NCBI GenBank assembly: GCA_033764955.1 | Contig: JANRIL010000038.1 | Span: 1-64,000, forward strand | Origin: Cyanobacteriota bacterium | Lineage (GTDB): Bacteria > Cyanobacteriota > Cyanobacteriia > Thermostichales > Thermostichaceae | Reading direction: 5' to 3' | DNA: 64,000 bases | Part shown: in pieces, positions 49,289-60,769 of the stretch | How positions within the stretch are numbered: the stretch's first letter is position 1 | Layout: each line of letters opens with the position of its first letter | Notes under the pieces: model-generated | Seen by the model: the letters and a program-made list of their open reading frames with translations, nothing else | Told to the model about the DNA's origin: nothing | The model's database searches: none | Position numbers and translations under genes: made by a program

Positions 49289-50029
49289 ATGAAAATAGGG
49301 ATCCATTTTCTTCTCGGATGGATTGCCATTGGTTTTGGTATGACAGGATGTGGATTTGATGCCACTTCTACCTCAACCTCCTCGACAGAAAACAGTGAGA
49401 CTCAGTTGGGGTCCGTTGCAAATGGCAGCTTTGAAACTTGTGATTTCACTGATTGGCAGACAATAGGGGATGTCTCCATCCAGCAGGATATTTTTGATAG
49501 TTCCCCCTCAGATGGGGAGTGCCAGGTTCTATTATCCAACCGACCGGATCCCCTAAGTGATACGGATCCCTTCTCAGATGAGGAGGCTGTCACGATTACT
49601 CAATTAACCGCTTTTTTAGGAATCAGTACCAGTGCTCTAGATAGTCTGTTAGATCAACCTCCTGCTGGAGAAGGTTCTGCCATTCGAACCAGTTTTCAGG
49701 CTAGTGATGGACAGGCTCTGAGTTTAGATTGGAATTTTCTAACGATGGAGCTGGAGCAAAATCAAGTTGCTGACGATAGCATTTTCATAACTATTTCACC
49801 CCTGTTTTCTTCTCCTCAAAAATTAGCTGGGGTGATTGACTATTCTAGTGTATTTGAGGAATCAGATAGTGTGTTTGCCCGTGCAACTGGATTTGTTCGC
49901 TATACATCTCCCCCTCTAGAGGAGGGAACCTATATTTTAGGAGTTGGTATTGTTGATGGAGGCATCGCCACGGGATCCGATCAAAATGTTGATTCGGCGG
50001 TATTGGTGGATCGTATTCAATTGGAGTAA
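49289..50029 (+). CDS. Putative lipoprotein with acidic beta-rich domain
   Basis: GMTGC lipobox; NGSFE..D..W; DSAVLVD. Confidence 0.7.
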   Translation: MKIGIHFLLGWIAIGFGMTGCGFDATSTSTSSTENSETQLGSVANGSFETCDFTDWQTIGDVSIQQDIFDSSPSDGECQVLLSNRPDPLSDTDPFSDEEAVTITQLTAFLGISTSALDSLLDQPPAGEGSAIRTSFQASDGQALSLDWNFLTMELEQNQVADDSIFITISPLFSSPQKLAGVIDYSSVFEESDSVFARATGFVRYTSPPLEEGTYILGVGIVDGGIATGSDQNVDSAVLVDRIQLE

Positions 50030-50221
50030 GATTTTTGACCCTGGGCTTTCGGTTCTAAAATTCTCCTCTCCAATGGAGAGACTGACCTACGATTACTGCT
50101 ATTGGAAGTCTGGGACAATAGTCCTAAGCGGGTAGCCATACTATTGAGAACATAGCCTCTAGAAAAAATGATGACATTCCCTATAAAGTAGGCTGTATGT
50201 CGATGGAGACTAATCAGCGTT

Positions 50222-51502
50222 GTGAGTTTGGGGATCCCTGGAGTGGCTCGTTCTTTTCGTTTGCCTCTTTATTTGGAATGGATTCTATTGGGGATCGCCT
50301 CCCTCAGCTTGCTTCCGTTGGGGGGACAAGCCGTAGAAAGCTTTTTTTTACCCCTATCGTTAATCAAGCCTAGCTCCTGGTTGATGGGGGTCACGCTATT
50401 GCTGTTTGGGTTATTGGGATGGCAGCTACCGAATAGGCAAGGACGGGGCAAGTGGCTTTATACCCTGGTGCAATTTTTTCTAATTTTTCTATTGATTTTA
50501 TCGGGTGGGCGTAGTCCCACATTATTCCCAGCACTTCTCCTAATTGTCGTGATCCGCAGTTGCTTAATTTTTGGCTGGCCTGAACAAATTGCAATTGGAC
50601 TTTCTGCATTCGCGATGTTTCTCTTGTCGTGGTGGATCCCATTTCAAAGTATGGGGCAGATTGCTCCCATTCAAGTGCCAAAATTGGCCTCTGTTCCTTT
50701 TGATTATCGAGGTGAAATCCATAATATTTTGATCTCGCTTATTCTCAATTCTGCTATTTTATTTGCTCTAGTTTTGGTGTTTGTCATGATGCTCATGAAT
50801 GCTATGATCTCAGAACGACAAAGCCGTGAGAAATTAAGCCAAGCTCATCATCAGTTGCAGGCTTATGCGTTACGAATTGAAGATCAAGCTACGCTGCAAG
50901 AACGCAACCGAATTGCTCGTGAAATTCATGATGCCCTCGGACATGCCCTCGCTGCTCAGATCATTCAACTGGATAATGCCCTCTTTTTTATCGAATCTAG
51001 CCTGGAGAAAGCTCGCTCCTTCTTGTTGGAGAGCCGCAAACTAGCCGCCACCGCTTTGCAAGAAGTGCGCTATTCGATCCGTGCCATGCGCTCGGATCCT
51101 TTACAAAATCGATCACTGGAGGTGGCTCTTTCTCAACTGGTCAGGGAGTTCGAGCAAACCAGCCAAATCTCTACCCAGATCGAGATCGAAATTCTCACAA
51201 CCCTCTCTAATGAACTCAATATAGCGATCTTTCGGATTATCCAGGAAGCTCTCACCAATATCCAAAAACATAGCCAAGCTAGCCACGTAAAAGTACGCCT
51301 GCAAGCCAACTCAAAAATTCTCTATGCCTTGATCGAAGACAATGGAAAAGGATTTGATATCCATCAAAATACTACTGGATTTGGTTTGCAGGGGATGCGA
51401 GAGCGAACAGCCCATTTATCCGGTCAATTTCACATACTAACAGCTCCCAATCAGGGTTGCCGACTTTCTGTTTATATCCCTCTCCTTAGGACTTCACTAT
51501 GA
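50222..51502 (+). CDS. Membrane sensor histidine kinase (HisKA_3)
   Basis: ERNRIAREIHD; QEALTN..KH; DNGKGF; GFGL.GM.ER. Confidence 0.93.
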   Translation: MSLGIPGVARSFRLPLYLEWILLGIASLSLLPLGGQAVESFFLPLSLIKPSSWLMGVTLLLFGLLGWQLPNRQGRGKWLYTLVQFFLIFLLILSGGRSPTLFPALLLIVVIRSCLIFGWPEQIAIGLSAFAMFLLSWWIPFQSMGQIAPIQVPKLASVPFDYRGEIHNILISLILNSAILFALVLVFVMMLMNAMISERQSREKLSQAHHQLQAYALRIEDQATLQERNRIAREIHDALGHALAAQIIQLDNALFFIESSLEKARSFLLESRKLAATALQEVRYSIRAMRSDPLQNRSLEVALSQLVREFEQTSQISTQIEIEILTTLSNELNIAIFRIIQEALTNIQKHSQASHVKVRLQANSKILYALIEDNGKGFDIHQNTTGFGLQGMRERTAHLSGQFHILTAPNQGCRLSVYIPLLRTSL

Positions 51503-52206
51503 CGGTTGCTTCCCCCTATTCTCAAGGTTTTACGATGGTTCAGGTGCCTGATTTTCCTCCTATCTCCCTATTATTGGTGGATGATCAGATAATCATTCGT
51601 CAAGGATTACGTAGCCTCCTTGAATCCCAAACCGATTTTCGGGTTGTGGGTGAAGCGGACAACGGACAAACGGCTATTGAGCAAACCCACTTACTCCGTC
51701 CCGATTTGGTGTTGATGGATATCCGTATGCCAGGAGTGGATGGGGTGGCAGCCACCCGTGCTATTTGTGAAGCTGGATTGTCCAGCAAAATTCTGGTTTT
51801 GACAACATTTGACCATGATGAATATGTTTGGCAGGCGATGCGCTGGGGAGCGAAAGGATATCTTCTCAAAGATACGCATCCCGAAATCTTGGCTCAGGCA
51901 ATCCGGCATGTCCATCAAGGTCACACACAAATGGGGCCAGGACTGTTTGAAAAGTTATTACAGGGATCCCTAGCCCCGGCTCCGGCTCTTCCCCCGATTG
52001 AGCTACCCCCCGGCTGGTCAGAATTAACGGCACGGGAGCGGGAAGTGTTGGAGTTGATAGCGAAGGGATCCAGCAACCGCGAGATTGCTCACGCCCTCTA
52101 TATCTCAGAAAAAACTGTGAAAAATCATGTTACCAGCATTCTGGGGCGACTAGGCTTGCGGGATCGCACCCAGGCGGCTTTACTGGCTCGTTCCCTCCTC
52201 CCCTGA
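51499..52206 (+). CDS. NarL/LuxR-family response regulator
   Basis: VDD; LMDIRMP; LT.RE.EVL; SEKTVKNHV. Confidence 0.94.
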   Translation: MTVASPYSQGFTMVQVPDFPPISLLLVDDQIIIRQGLRSLLESQTDFRVVGEADNGQTAIEQTHLLRPDLVLMDIRMPGVDGVAATRAICEAGLSSKILVLTTFDHDEYVWQAMRWGAKGYLLKDTHPEILAQAIRHVHQGHTQMGPGLFEKLLQGSLAPAPALPPIELPPGWSELTAREREVLELIAKGSSNREIAHALYISEKTVKNHVTSILGRLGLRDRTQAALLARSLLP

Positions 52207-52370
52207 GATCTGGAGATCCAAACATAATCTGCCCCAAAATTTGTACAAAGCTCTCCACGGTCTCTCGTCAATTCAATAACGCCTGCATAAGCCTATACAC
52301 GATATGGGCTGTCAATGTAATATCCTTTAACAGTTAAAGTGGGTTGTAATCGAAAGCTTTCCTCACGCTG

Positions 52371-52522
52371 TATAGTTGCCCTATAAGAGTTGTTTTTATA
52401 TAAATTCACAATGATTTCTATAGCAATCAGGAACGATACATGATATTTCTTAGCTCCTCTCTCCTGCCCTGGCAGGGGGTCTGGGGGTGAGGGCTGCTTA
52501 CAATTCACGACAGATTGTTATA
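52371..52522. mobile_element. Degenerate or composite MITE related to 37150-37275
   Basis: tatag...ctataagagttgt at 52371; TATAGCAATC (52419)...GATTGTTATA (52522) with core ctctcc...ggggtctgggggtgaggg. Confidence 0.6.
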
Positions 52523-53057
52523 TTCTCAGATAGACACGGCTTTCCCAAGCATCCAAGATTAAGTTTAGCTTTAATTGAATTACCTTTTTATCTCACAGGC
52601 TGGAAAAATCCATTCGTTTTTTATTTATAAATCTCATCATCCCCATAACTTTTTAAGTTGAATTATGTCTTTATAAGTTAAGAGTCAATTTTTTTGAGAA
52701 CCAAATTTACTCTGAAAATGTTACTCCATTATCAAATTGAGTTACTATTAGGCAGTCTGGAAGAAAGATTACAAGTTCTAAAGACAATTGCTAGGTAAAA
52801 CTGGATTACCCCATTCAGATATTTTTGCTGGTTCAACTGGATAATTCGGAGAAATGCAGGGAACCCTGAGAATTAGGGATCCGTCTAGGCTGGAATAGTG
52901 TTCTCCCAAGTAACCCACCGACTGATGCTAACCCACAGAATAAGGGTGGGATTCATTTGGCATCATTTGACAATTGAGTGAGTCAGACCTCGCTGAACCA
53001 AACCCTGGCCGTGAAACAATATCCCTACAACACCATAATCGGATTGAGGTGAGGAAA

Positions 53058-54713
53058 ATGCGTGGATTTTTAGGTTGGAATCAGTTAACAGCCGTGGCAG
53101 CCGTGGTGGTTGCTGGCAGCTTGACCCCTATCCCCAGTTGGGCACAACTGAGTGATATCAACACCTATTGGGGATCCCAATATATCTCCAGTCTGGCGAA
53201 TCAACAGGTGATCGGCGGCTTTCCCGATGGCACTTTTCGTCCCAACGATCAGGTGACCCGTGCCCAGTTCGCCACCATTGTTACCAAAGCCTTCGGTCTC
53301 GATACCAATGTTCCGCCCAGGTCCTTTGTGGATCCCATCCCCAGTTGGGCAGCTCCTTCCATTAATGCCGCTGCGGCAGCTAATTTTGTCTCAGGCTTTC
53401 CCGATGGTACCTTTCGTCCCAACGATGTCTTGACACGGGCACAGGCCATTACCGTTTTGACCAAAGCAGCGGGAGTAACTTCGATTGATCCAGCTCAGGT
53501 GGAATCAGTGCTGAGTATCTATACCGATCAGGGATCCATCCCTAACTTTGCTCGTCCCCCCGTTGCCACCGCCACCCTAGAAAGTTTGCTGGTTCTCTAT
53601 CCCAACCCCAATTTCATCAATGCCACCGCCGTTGCTACTCGTGGAGAAGTAGCCGCCCTCACCTATCAAGCCTTGGCAAAAGCCGGACGAGTTCCCAATT
53701 TACCCCCCCCAGTGGGAGCAACCATCCCAGGAGGATTAACTACTGGCATCGGAGAAACTGTGGCGACCCCCACGCCAGAGGTACCGGTAGAAACCCTGGC
53801 TGGTGCCCCCACTGTGTCTGAGATCTTTACCCGCGACAACCTGAGCACCCTCAAACCGGGCGATACGATCACCGTATTTGTGGTGGGATCCCCTGGGGCA
53901 ACGGGTACCTTCTCCATTCCCGGCATTGTAGAAAACTTACCCCTCCAGGAAAGCCGCACCGGTCAGTATGAAGGCAGTTATACCTTCCGCACCCAAGACA
54001 GAGCGGCCAAGACCTCCATCATTGCCCGTCTGGAGCAATCTGGACTCGTGACCACCAGCCAGTTGCCGAACCAAACCATCACTATCGGGCAGGTGACGGA
54101 TGCCGTTTTTCCCACCATCAGCAAGCTTTCCCCCCCCCCTAATAGCACGGTGACGGATGCAGCTCCAGAAATTTCTGGGGAATTTAGCGATGACAAAGGC
54201 ATCGACCTGAATAGTTTTGTTTTGACAGTCAATAACCGCGATGTCACTCGCCAAGCCCAGCTCAGCAAAAACTCCTTCCGGTTTAAGCCGTCTCAACCCC
54301 TTCTCAAACGACGGCCTGTGGTAGTCACGTTACAAATTGCTGACACCAGTGGCAATACAGCCCTCCAAGAATGGGCTTTTACAATCGAAACCTCTAGCGC
54401 ACCTGCGCCTACTGCAACACCTACTCCCCCACCTGCACCCACTGCAACACCTACTCCCCCACCTGCGCCCACTGCAACACCTACTCCCCCACCTGCGCCC
54501 ACTGCAACACCACCTGCGCCGACTGCAACACCTACTCCCCCACCTGCGCCTACTGCAACGCTTACGCCTACCCCTGAGGCTGCTGCCACTCCATCAACAA
54601 CAGAGCCAACACCGACCACGGCTGAAACCACACCAGCAGTAGAGGTTACTCCAACCCCTGAAGCTCCTGCCCCGGATGCCACTAGCCCCGCACCGCCAAC
54701 CGCCAGTCCTTAA
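53058..54713 (+). CDS. S-layer homology (SLH) domain protein with Ig-like region and Pro/Thr tail
   Basis: Signal peptide; GFPDGTFRPN..TRAQ twice; TRGE. Confidence 0.88.
   Translation: MRGFLGWNQLTAVAAVVVAGSLTPIPSWAQLSDINTYWGSQYISSLANQQVIGGFPDGTFRPNDQVTRAQFATIVTKAFGLDTNVPPRSFVDPIPSWAAPSINAAAAANFVSGFPDGTFRPNDVLTRAQAITVLTKAAGVTSIDPAQVESVLSIYTDQGSIPNFARPPVATATLESLLVLYPNPNFINATAVATRGEVAALTYQALAKAGRVPNLPPPVGATIPGGLTTGIGETVATPTPEVPVETLAGAPTVSEIFTRDNLSTLKPGDTITVFVVGSPGATGTFSIPGIVENLPLQESRTGQYEGSYTFRTQDRAAKTSIIARLEQSGLVTTSQLPNQTITIGQVTDAVFPTISKLSPPPNSTVTDAAPEISGEFSDDKGIDLNSFVLTVNNRDVTRQAQLSKNSFRFKPSQPLLKRRPVVVTLQIADTSGNTALQEWAFTIETSSAPAPTATPTPPPAPTATPTPPPAPTATPTPPPAPTATPPAPTATPTPPPAPTATLTPTPEAAATPSTTEPTPTTAETTPAVEVTPTPEAPAPDATSPAPPTASP
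54400..54560 (+). repeat. Coding 30-bp tandem repeat (PAPTATPTPP)
   Basis: cacctgcgcctactgcaacacctactcccc, about 5.5 copies. Confidence 0.9.
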
Positions 54714-54747
54714 CAGGTCTGGGATGGGATCCCTTCTGCACTTCTGC

Positions 54748-55608
54748 CTAGGAGGGATCCCTTGCTTCGGGTAAACCTTGATTTAAGGTCTCCAGCAACT
54801 TACGAATCACCCGCGCTTCCGATAACCACGCCTCGGAGGATTGGGGGATCCCTTGCAAAAATTGTTCAAGATCCTGACGGGCTTCCGCCCACCGTCCCAA
54901 CTGATAATAAAGAAGCCCCCGATCCCGCCATTCCAACAGAGCCTCCGGGACGAGCACTAAGATACGTTCCACGCAGGCTAAACCTCGCTGCAGGTCTGCT
55001 TCCGCTAAATAAATATGTTTGAGATTGGTCAACATCCGCACCAAGAAAAAGCGATGGCTAACGGGCTGTAAAAATTCGGGCTGAAGTTTGGCGTGTTCTC
55101 CATAAACTTGTGCCAACCGCTCCTGACAATCCTCCGTAAATAAGAGATTTCCCTCATGAAAGGCATCCACATAAATGCCCACTTCAGCAAATTCAGGACG
55201 GATCAAAAAGTGTCCCGGCAGGCCAATCGGCACCATCGGAAAATCAACGCGACGGGCAATTTCCAAATAAACCAACGAGAGGGTAATCGGGATGCCGGTA
55301 CGCCGCTCGATCACCTCATTCAAAAAGCTATTGCGCGGATCATAATAGTCGGTGGTATTGCCACGGAAACCCAAATCCCTAAACAAATATTGATTGATTG
55401 TTTGAATGACTTTCAGGGGATAGCGCTGCGGAGGCAATTGCTCCAAAACCTCCTCAGCCATCGCATCCAATGCCGCTATATACTCCTCAACATCAAGATG
55501 GGGATATTCTTCTTGGGCGATATAAAGAGCTGCACTTGCCAATGAAATGTGAGAATCTGGCTGTTGAACTTCTTGGTATAATCGATAGCGAGCGAGCGGC
55601 AGATTCAT
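54748..55608 (-). CDS. SirB1-family transglutaminase-like/TPR protein
   Basis: GF.GN..DYYDPRNSFLN.V..RRTGIPI; PGHF; RDRGL. Confidence 0.9.
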   Translation of the reverse strand: MNLPLARYRLYQEVQQPDSHISLASAALYIAQEEYPHLDVEEYIAALDAMAEEVLEQLPPQRYPLKVIQTINQYLFRDLGFRGNTTDYYDPRNSFLNEVIERRTGIPITLSLVYLEIARRVDFPMVPIGLPGHFLIRPEFAEVGIYVDAFHEGNLLFTEDCQERLAQVYGEHAKLQPEFLQPVSHRFFLVRMLTNLKHIYLAEADLQRGLACVERILVLVPEALLEWRDRGLLYYQLGRWAEARQDLEQFLQGIPQSSEAWLSEARVIRKLLETLNQGLPEARDPS

Positions 55609-55742
55609 AAATCATCTCTGGGTCATGCAACATCACTGACCAGGGGGATGGGGATCCCTAGCTAGCACCTACTCCTACTCTGTGAATGAATCCTTTGGCA
55701 TCCGTGAAGCGTTCCATATTGAATGGATACCCAGCTAAAATT

Positions 55743-56717
55743 CTAAGCATTCCCTGCGTAGCGAAGCAAAGTGCCATTTTGTCCCAAGATGAAACCTTTT
55801 TGGGGTTGAGGGAAACTAATAGTATAGAAATTAGCAGGAACATTGCTAATTTTGCGGGCTTGTTCCCACGTTTTTCCGCCATCGGGACTGTGGATGAGTA
55901 AGGCACTCCCCCCCACCACCCACAAGTTTTGAGGATCCTGGTAAGCTGCCCCCAAATAGCCAAAACTTAGGGCTTTACCGGGACGAATCCCCTTATTCCA
56001 ATGGCCTGACTCTACATCATCAGTCAAGGTAATCTCGGCTCCTTGGTTGAGCTTCCAAGCAATCCCATCGGGGCCAAAACCCATGTTTTGAATACGGCGA
56101 GAACTTTCTCTGGGAAAGGGTTTCCAGGCTTGGCTAGCAGGGCTGTAGAGAAAATAAAAGCTCCCCCGTGAGGATACGGCTAAATAAGCCCCATCTTCTC
56201 GCCGTGCCACGTTCTTAATCACACCAATCGAGTCAGCCACCATGGCTTTCCAGGTTTTGCCATCATCCTGGGTGCGGTAGATAGCCCCCACATTGCTGAC
56301 CATCTCGGCACTATGGGATCCCAATGCGGTCACTTTGAGCGGTTCACCGGGTAGCTTGCTGCTCAGAATGATTTGTGACCAATGGGATCCACCGTCTTCG
56401 GTATGTAATAACACTTTCGGCTCCCCCACTATCCAACCCTCATCTCCCGCAAAGCTAACCGAGGTGAGGTAATAGTCTGGGTTGCTGGTTTCTAAGGTGT
56501 GGGGCTGCCAGTTAACTCCACCATCTCGGGTTTCTAGCAATGTGCCCTTATCCCCGACAATCCATCCATGATTGGCATCCGTGCCCGTGAAAGCAATATC
56601 GAGCAGGGTATTTTGGATGGGGAGATCCACCACCTGCCACTCCACCACCCGCATATTGGGCAATCCAGCAGCCATTAAGAAAAAAGCCAGGGCAACCATC
56701 AAGAAACGTTTCAGCAT
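55743..56717 (-). CDS. ycf48: Photosystem II assembly factor Ycf48
   Basis: Beta-propeller T.DGG..W repeats; AVSSRGSFY; SSRRIQNMG. Confidence 0.93.
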   Translation of the reverse strand: MLKRFLMVALAFFLMAAGLPNMRVVEWQVVDLPIQNTLLDIAFTGTDANHGWIVGDKGTLLETRDGGVNWQPHTLETSNPDYYLTSVSFAGDEGWIVGEPKVLLHTEDGGSHWSQIILSSKLPGEPLKVTALGSHSAEMVSNVGAIYRTQDDGKTWKAMVADSIGVIKNVARREDGAYLAVSSRGSFYFLYSPASQAWKPFPRESSRRIQNMGFGPDGIAWKLNQGAEITLTDDVESGHWNKGIRPGKALSFGYLGAAYQDPQNLWVVGGSALLIHSPDGGKTWEQARKISNVPANFYTISFPQPQKGFILGQNGTLLRYAGNA

Positions 56718-56830
56718 GATCCATCCATCAAAATAGCGATCAACACTCAGGCAGACACTTTCAGTCAGGTCGAAAACCAGATACCCAGAACCACCCATTG
56801 AACAATGGCAGGTAGCTGAGGAGATTGGGG

Positions 56831-57244
56831 TTATTCCACAAAATAAAAACTCATCAAAAACAGGAACCCCACCGTCAACCCCAAAAAGATCAGCAGATTT
56901 TTCTGAGCAGGAGTCATGACATTGACGCCTAGCCCATACCCCAGATTTTCCTGAAACCCAGAGGGCTTGCCTTTGGCTCCCACCGCCTCAAATTGGGTGG
57001 CATCTGCCGAACATACCGGACAACGCCAACCTTTGGGCAGATTCATAAACGGGATCCCGGCTGGAATTTGACCCTGTTGATCTCCCTTAAGTGGCTCGTA
57101 GATATAGCCACAGGAGCGGCATTCATAGCGCAACATCCGCGCCGGGTCACTCCATTCCGCATCGGTGGCGTCTTCTGCTAACTCGATAATGGGAGGCTCG
57201 GTGGGCAGAGGCTCCGCCACCGGATCAAGCTCCTGACTAGCCAT
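56831..57244 (-). CDS. rubA: Membrane-anchored rubredoxin
   Basis: YECRSCGYIY.P; WRCPVC; SGF.ENL.YG.GVN; C-terminal TM. Confidence 0.93.
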   Translation of the reverse strand: MASQELDPVAEPLPTEPPIIELAEDATDAEWSDPARMLRYECRSCGYIYEPLKGDQQGQIPAGIPFMNLPKGWRCPVCSADATQFEAVGAKGKPSGFQENLGYGLGVNVMTPAQKNLLIFLGLTVGFLFLMSFYFVE

Positions 57245-57452
57245 AGCCGGGGATCCCTTCCGAAAAAACACTTCTGTCCTGAGTCTTATTATGAGTGGCT
57301 TCGTTACAAAAATCTACTTGATTCGTCGAATTTTGATAAATCTGAGAGGATAGAGGCTAGGTTACCTGACCAAACTTCAGGGCTTCTACAGAGCTTTACA
57401 GAGAGCAGAGCCGTTTCGTCTGGCTATCCCCGACCCTATATGGCGACTAACT

Positions 57453-59315
57453 ATGGCGATTAAAGATCAACCGCAACCCTCCCGTCCCCGCCTGATTGGG
57501 AATATTTTATTGTTGGTGTCAGGACTGTTTTTGTTAGCTAATCTTTTCCTGCCCATGATCCTAGGGCCATCTATCCCAAGAGTGCCCTACAGCCTATTTA
57601 TTGAGCAAGTGGATGATGGGGAAGTAGCACGAGCCTCGATTGGGCAAAATGAGATTCGCTATCAATTGCGGGGAAAAGACAACGAAATCGGTCAGGTTTT
57701 GGCCACTACCCCGATTTTTGACCTAGAACTACCCAACCGTCTAGAGGCCAAAGGGGTTGAATTTGCGGCTGCCCCTCCCCCCAAAAATAACTGGTTTGGC
57801 ACCATTTTGAGCTGGGTGCTCCCTCCCCTAATTTTTGTGGGGATCTGGCAGTTTTTCTTGGGCAGGGCAGGAGCAGGTGGCCCACAGGGGGCACTTTCCA
57901 TCACCAAGAGCAAGGCCAAGGTTTATGTGGAGGGAGAATCCACGAAGGTCACCTTCGCAGATGTGGCGGGGGTAGAAGAAGCCAAGGCGGAGCTGGCGGA
58001 AATTGTCGAGTTTCTCAAGTCTCCCCAACGATTTTTGCAAATTGGGGCGCGGATCCCCAAAGGTGTCTTGTTAGTTGGCCCGCCCGGCACTGGCAAAACC
58101 CTCCTAGCCAAAGCGGTAGCCGGGGAAGCGGGGGTGTCTTTTTTTAGTATCTCCGGCTCCGAGTTTGTTGAGCTATTTGTCGGGGCAGGAGCCGCACGGG
58201 TGCGGGATTTATTTGAGCAGGCCAAGAAAAAAGCTCCCTGTATCATTTTTATTGATGAGTTAGATGCCATTGGCAAGTCTCGTAGCTCCGGCGGCTTTTA
58301 TGGGGGCAATGATGAGCGCGAACAAACCCTCAATCAGTTGTTGACAGAGATGGATGGGTTTGCGGTGGGGGATGGAACGGTGATCGTTTTAGCTGCCACT
58401 AATCGCCCTGAATCTTTGGATCCAGCTCTATTGCGTCCTGGGCGTTTTGATCGGCAAGTTTTGGTAGATCGCCCCGATCTCTCCGGTCGTCTGGCTATTT
58501 TGCAAATTTATGCTCGCCAGGTCAAGTTGGGGGAGGATGTCGATTTGAAGATGATTGCCACCCGTACTCCTGGATTTGCGGGGGCGGATCTGGCCAATCT
58601 GGTGAATGAGGCCGCTCTCTTGGCTGCCCGCAATCGTCGTGAAGTGGTGGCGCAGGCGGATTTTGCGGAGGCGATTGAACGGGTGGTGGCGGGCTTGGAG
58701 AAAAAGAGTCGAGTGCTCAGCGACAAGGAGAAAAAGATTGTGGCCTACCACGAAGTCGGTCATGCCCTGGTGGGATCCCTAATGCCTGGAACCAGCCAGG
58801 TGGCTAAAATCTCGATTATTCCTAGGGGGATGGCTGCCCTCGGCTACACCCTCCAACTGCCCACCGAAGATCGCTTTTTGATGGATGAGGGCGAATTGCG
58901 GGGACAAATTGCTACCCTCTTGGGGGGGCGCTCCGCTGAGGAAATCGTCTTTGGCAGCATCACGACAGGCGCAGCCAACGATCTGCAACGGGCTACGGAT
59001 CTGGCAGAGCGGATGGTAACCACCTATGGCATGAGCAAGGTGCTAGGGCCGCTCGCCTACGAACAAGGTCAGCAAAATGCTTTTTTGGGAGGAGGAATGC
59101 CTAGCCCCCGTCGTTCGGTGAGTGAACAAACCGCCGAAGCCATTGATCGGGAGGTAAAAGACATTGTCGAACAAGCCCATCAACAGGCGCTCGATATCCT
59201 CAACCGAAACCGTGATCTCTTAGAGGCTCTGGCTCAACAGCTACTCGACAAGGAAGTGATCGAAGGGGATCCCTTACAACAAATGTTGGGGCAGGTGAAA
59301 GCACTACCGGGGTGA
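57453..59315 (+). CDS. ftsH: ATP-dependent zinc metalloprotease FtsH (FtsH4-like)
   Basis: [25 protein letters not shown]. Confidence 0.96.
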   Translation: MAIKDQPQPSRPRLIGNILLLVSGLFLLANLFLPMILGPSIPRVPYSLFIEQVDDGEVARASIGQNEIRYQLRGKDNEIGQVLATTPIFDLELPNRLEAKGVEFAAAPPPKNNWFGTILSWVLPPLIFVGIWQFFLGRAGAGGPQGALSITKSKAKVYVEGESTKVTFADVAGVEEAKAELAEIVEFLKSPQRFLQIGARIPKGVLLVGPPGTGKTLLAKAVAGEAGVSFFSISGSEFVELFVGAGAARVRDLFEQAKKKAPCIIFIDELDAIGKSRSSGGFYGGNDEREQTLNQLLTEMDGFAVGDGTVIVLAATNRPESLDPALLRPGRFDRQVLVDRPDLSGRLAILQIYARQVKLGEDVDLKMIATRTPGFAGADLANLVNEAALLAARNRREVVAQADFAEAIERVVAGLEKKSRVLSDKEKKIVAYHEVGHALVGSLMPGTSQVAKISIIPRGMAALGYTLQLPTEDRFLMDEGELRGQIATLLGGRSAEEIVFGSITTGAANDLQRATDLAERMVTTYGMSKVLGPLAYEQGQQNAFLGGGMPSPRRSVSEQTAEAIDREVKDIVEQAHQQALDILNRNRDLLEALAQQLLDKEVIEGDPLQQMLGQVKALPG

Positions 59316-59347
59316 TCGAAGGGGATCTGGAGCTTATCGTGATCAGC

Positions 59348-60769
59348 CTAGATCGAAAGGTCTCCATTCCGATCGAGTGGGAGATCCGCGGGGGCAGGCT
59401 GGTCAGCCAGATGGCGGCGCTGCTCAAGTTGTTGCAAAATTTCGGCGTGCTTTTGGCGGGTAATCGGATAAAAAACAGCCAAAAGGGATCCCAGAATTAA
59501 GGCAAGAGCGGGAAGTGGACCGATGGCTATCCGAATAGCCAAGAGAGCGGAAGCAGGCTGGCTAGGGGGGGCTTGTCCGGCAACCGATGAAACAAAGCCC
59601 GACCACTCTAAGGCCAATCCGACCAAAAACAGTCCGATCGCCAGTCCGACCTTTTGAAACAAGACCATAAAGGCATAAAAAACCCCTTCCCGCCGCTGTC
59701 CGGTTTGTAATTCGTCCACCTCAATCACATCGGGAATCATCGACCAGGGAATTAGATAAGCCGTCGATACCCCTACCCCTGCCAGAACCGCTAGAACCAG
59801 CAACAGGCCAGATTGTCCTGGCTGTAGACTAACCAATCCGATCTGAGCTACGATCCACACCCCCATGCCCAACAGATAAACAGCTTTTTTGCCAATTCGT
59901 TGACTGACTTTGTTCCAGACAAACAACATGACCAAAGCGGTTCCCTGCACCGCTAAAATCGTCAAAGCCGTCCAACTGCTCTGCAATCCCATCCAAAAGG
60001 TGATGTAGAAGGGAATGATGCTGGCCGTAAACTGTACCCCCAACCAAGAGCAGAGATACAACCCAATCACAAACAAATAGGGGCGATTAGAGAGGGCAAT
60101 CCGAATTTGGTTCCAGACGGGGACCTCCTCCTGCTCTGGCGCAAACTTTTCTTCGGTTCCCCAAAAACACCAAAACAGGGGGAGAACCGACAGCAGTGAC
60201 CACAGGCAACCTGCTACGAAATAGCCCGTCCCTTCATTGGCAAAGCTGGCCACAATTAACGGATGCAATACCCCGGACAACAAACTGCCCCCAATGGAAA
60301 AGGCAAAGCGAAAATTGGATAGGCTAGTGCGCTCATCATAGTCTTGGGTCAGTTGGGGGGTCAGCGCTGTATAGGGAAGGTTGACCGCCGTATAAAAACT
60401 GTTGAACAAGATAGCCACCAGCATATAGTAGGCAAATAGCCAACCCGGTTGATCAGGAAATGGCACAACCCATTGCGCCAGGAAGGAAAGCCCAAAGGGA
60501 ATCGCCCCAAACAAAATCCAGGGACGGCGGCGACCCCAGCGACTTTGGGTGCGGTCACTCAACACCCCCACAATCGGATCGTTGATAGCATCCCAGACTT
60601 TGCTCAAGGCTAAAATACTGCCCGCCAAACCCGCCGACAGGCCAGCTACATTCGTCAAAAAAGGCAAGAGAAAGAATACCAAGATGTTGGCGGTAATAGC
60701 GGGGCCGAGATCCCCAGCCCCGTAGGCCAGCTTGGAGCGTAAACTCAGTTTTTGCGTAGTCATGTTCAT
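59348..60769 (-). CDS. MFS transporter, GPH/MelB family
   Basis: WDAINDP.VG.LSDRT.SRWGRRRPW; ERT.L..FR; RREG. Confidence 0.9.
   Translation of the reverse strand: MNMTTQKLSLRSKLAYGAGDLGPAITANILVFFLLPFLTNVAGLSAGLAGSILALSKVWDAINDPIVGVLSDRTQSRWGRRRPWILFGAIPFGLSFLAQWVVPFPDQPGWLFAYYMLVAILFNSFYTAVNLPYTALTPQLTQDYDERTSLSNFRFAFSIGGSLLSGVLHPLIVASFANEGTGYFVAGCLWSLLSVLPLFWCFWGTEEKFAPEQEEVPVWNQIRIALSNRPYLFVIGLYLCSWLGVQFTASIIPFYITFWMGLQSSWTALTILAVQGTALVMLFVWNKVSQRIGKKAVYLLGMGVWIVAQIGLVSLQPGQSGLLLVLAVLAGVGVSTAYLIPWSMIPDVIEVDELQTGQRREGVFYAFMVLFQKVGLAIGLFLVGLALEWSGFVSSVAGQAPPSQPASALLAIRIAIGPLPALALILGSLLAVFYPITRQKHAEILQQLEQRRHLADQPAPADLPLDRNGDLSI

Noticed and set aside
54293..54682. Gly/Val/Ala repeat ORF on - strand
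   Set aside because: Antisense shadow of the Pro/Thr repeat in the SLH gene
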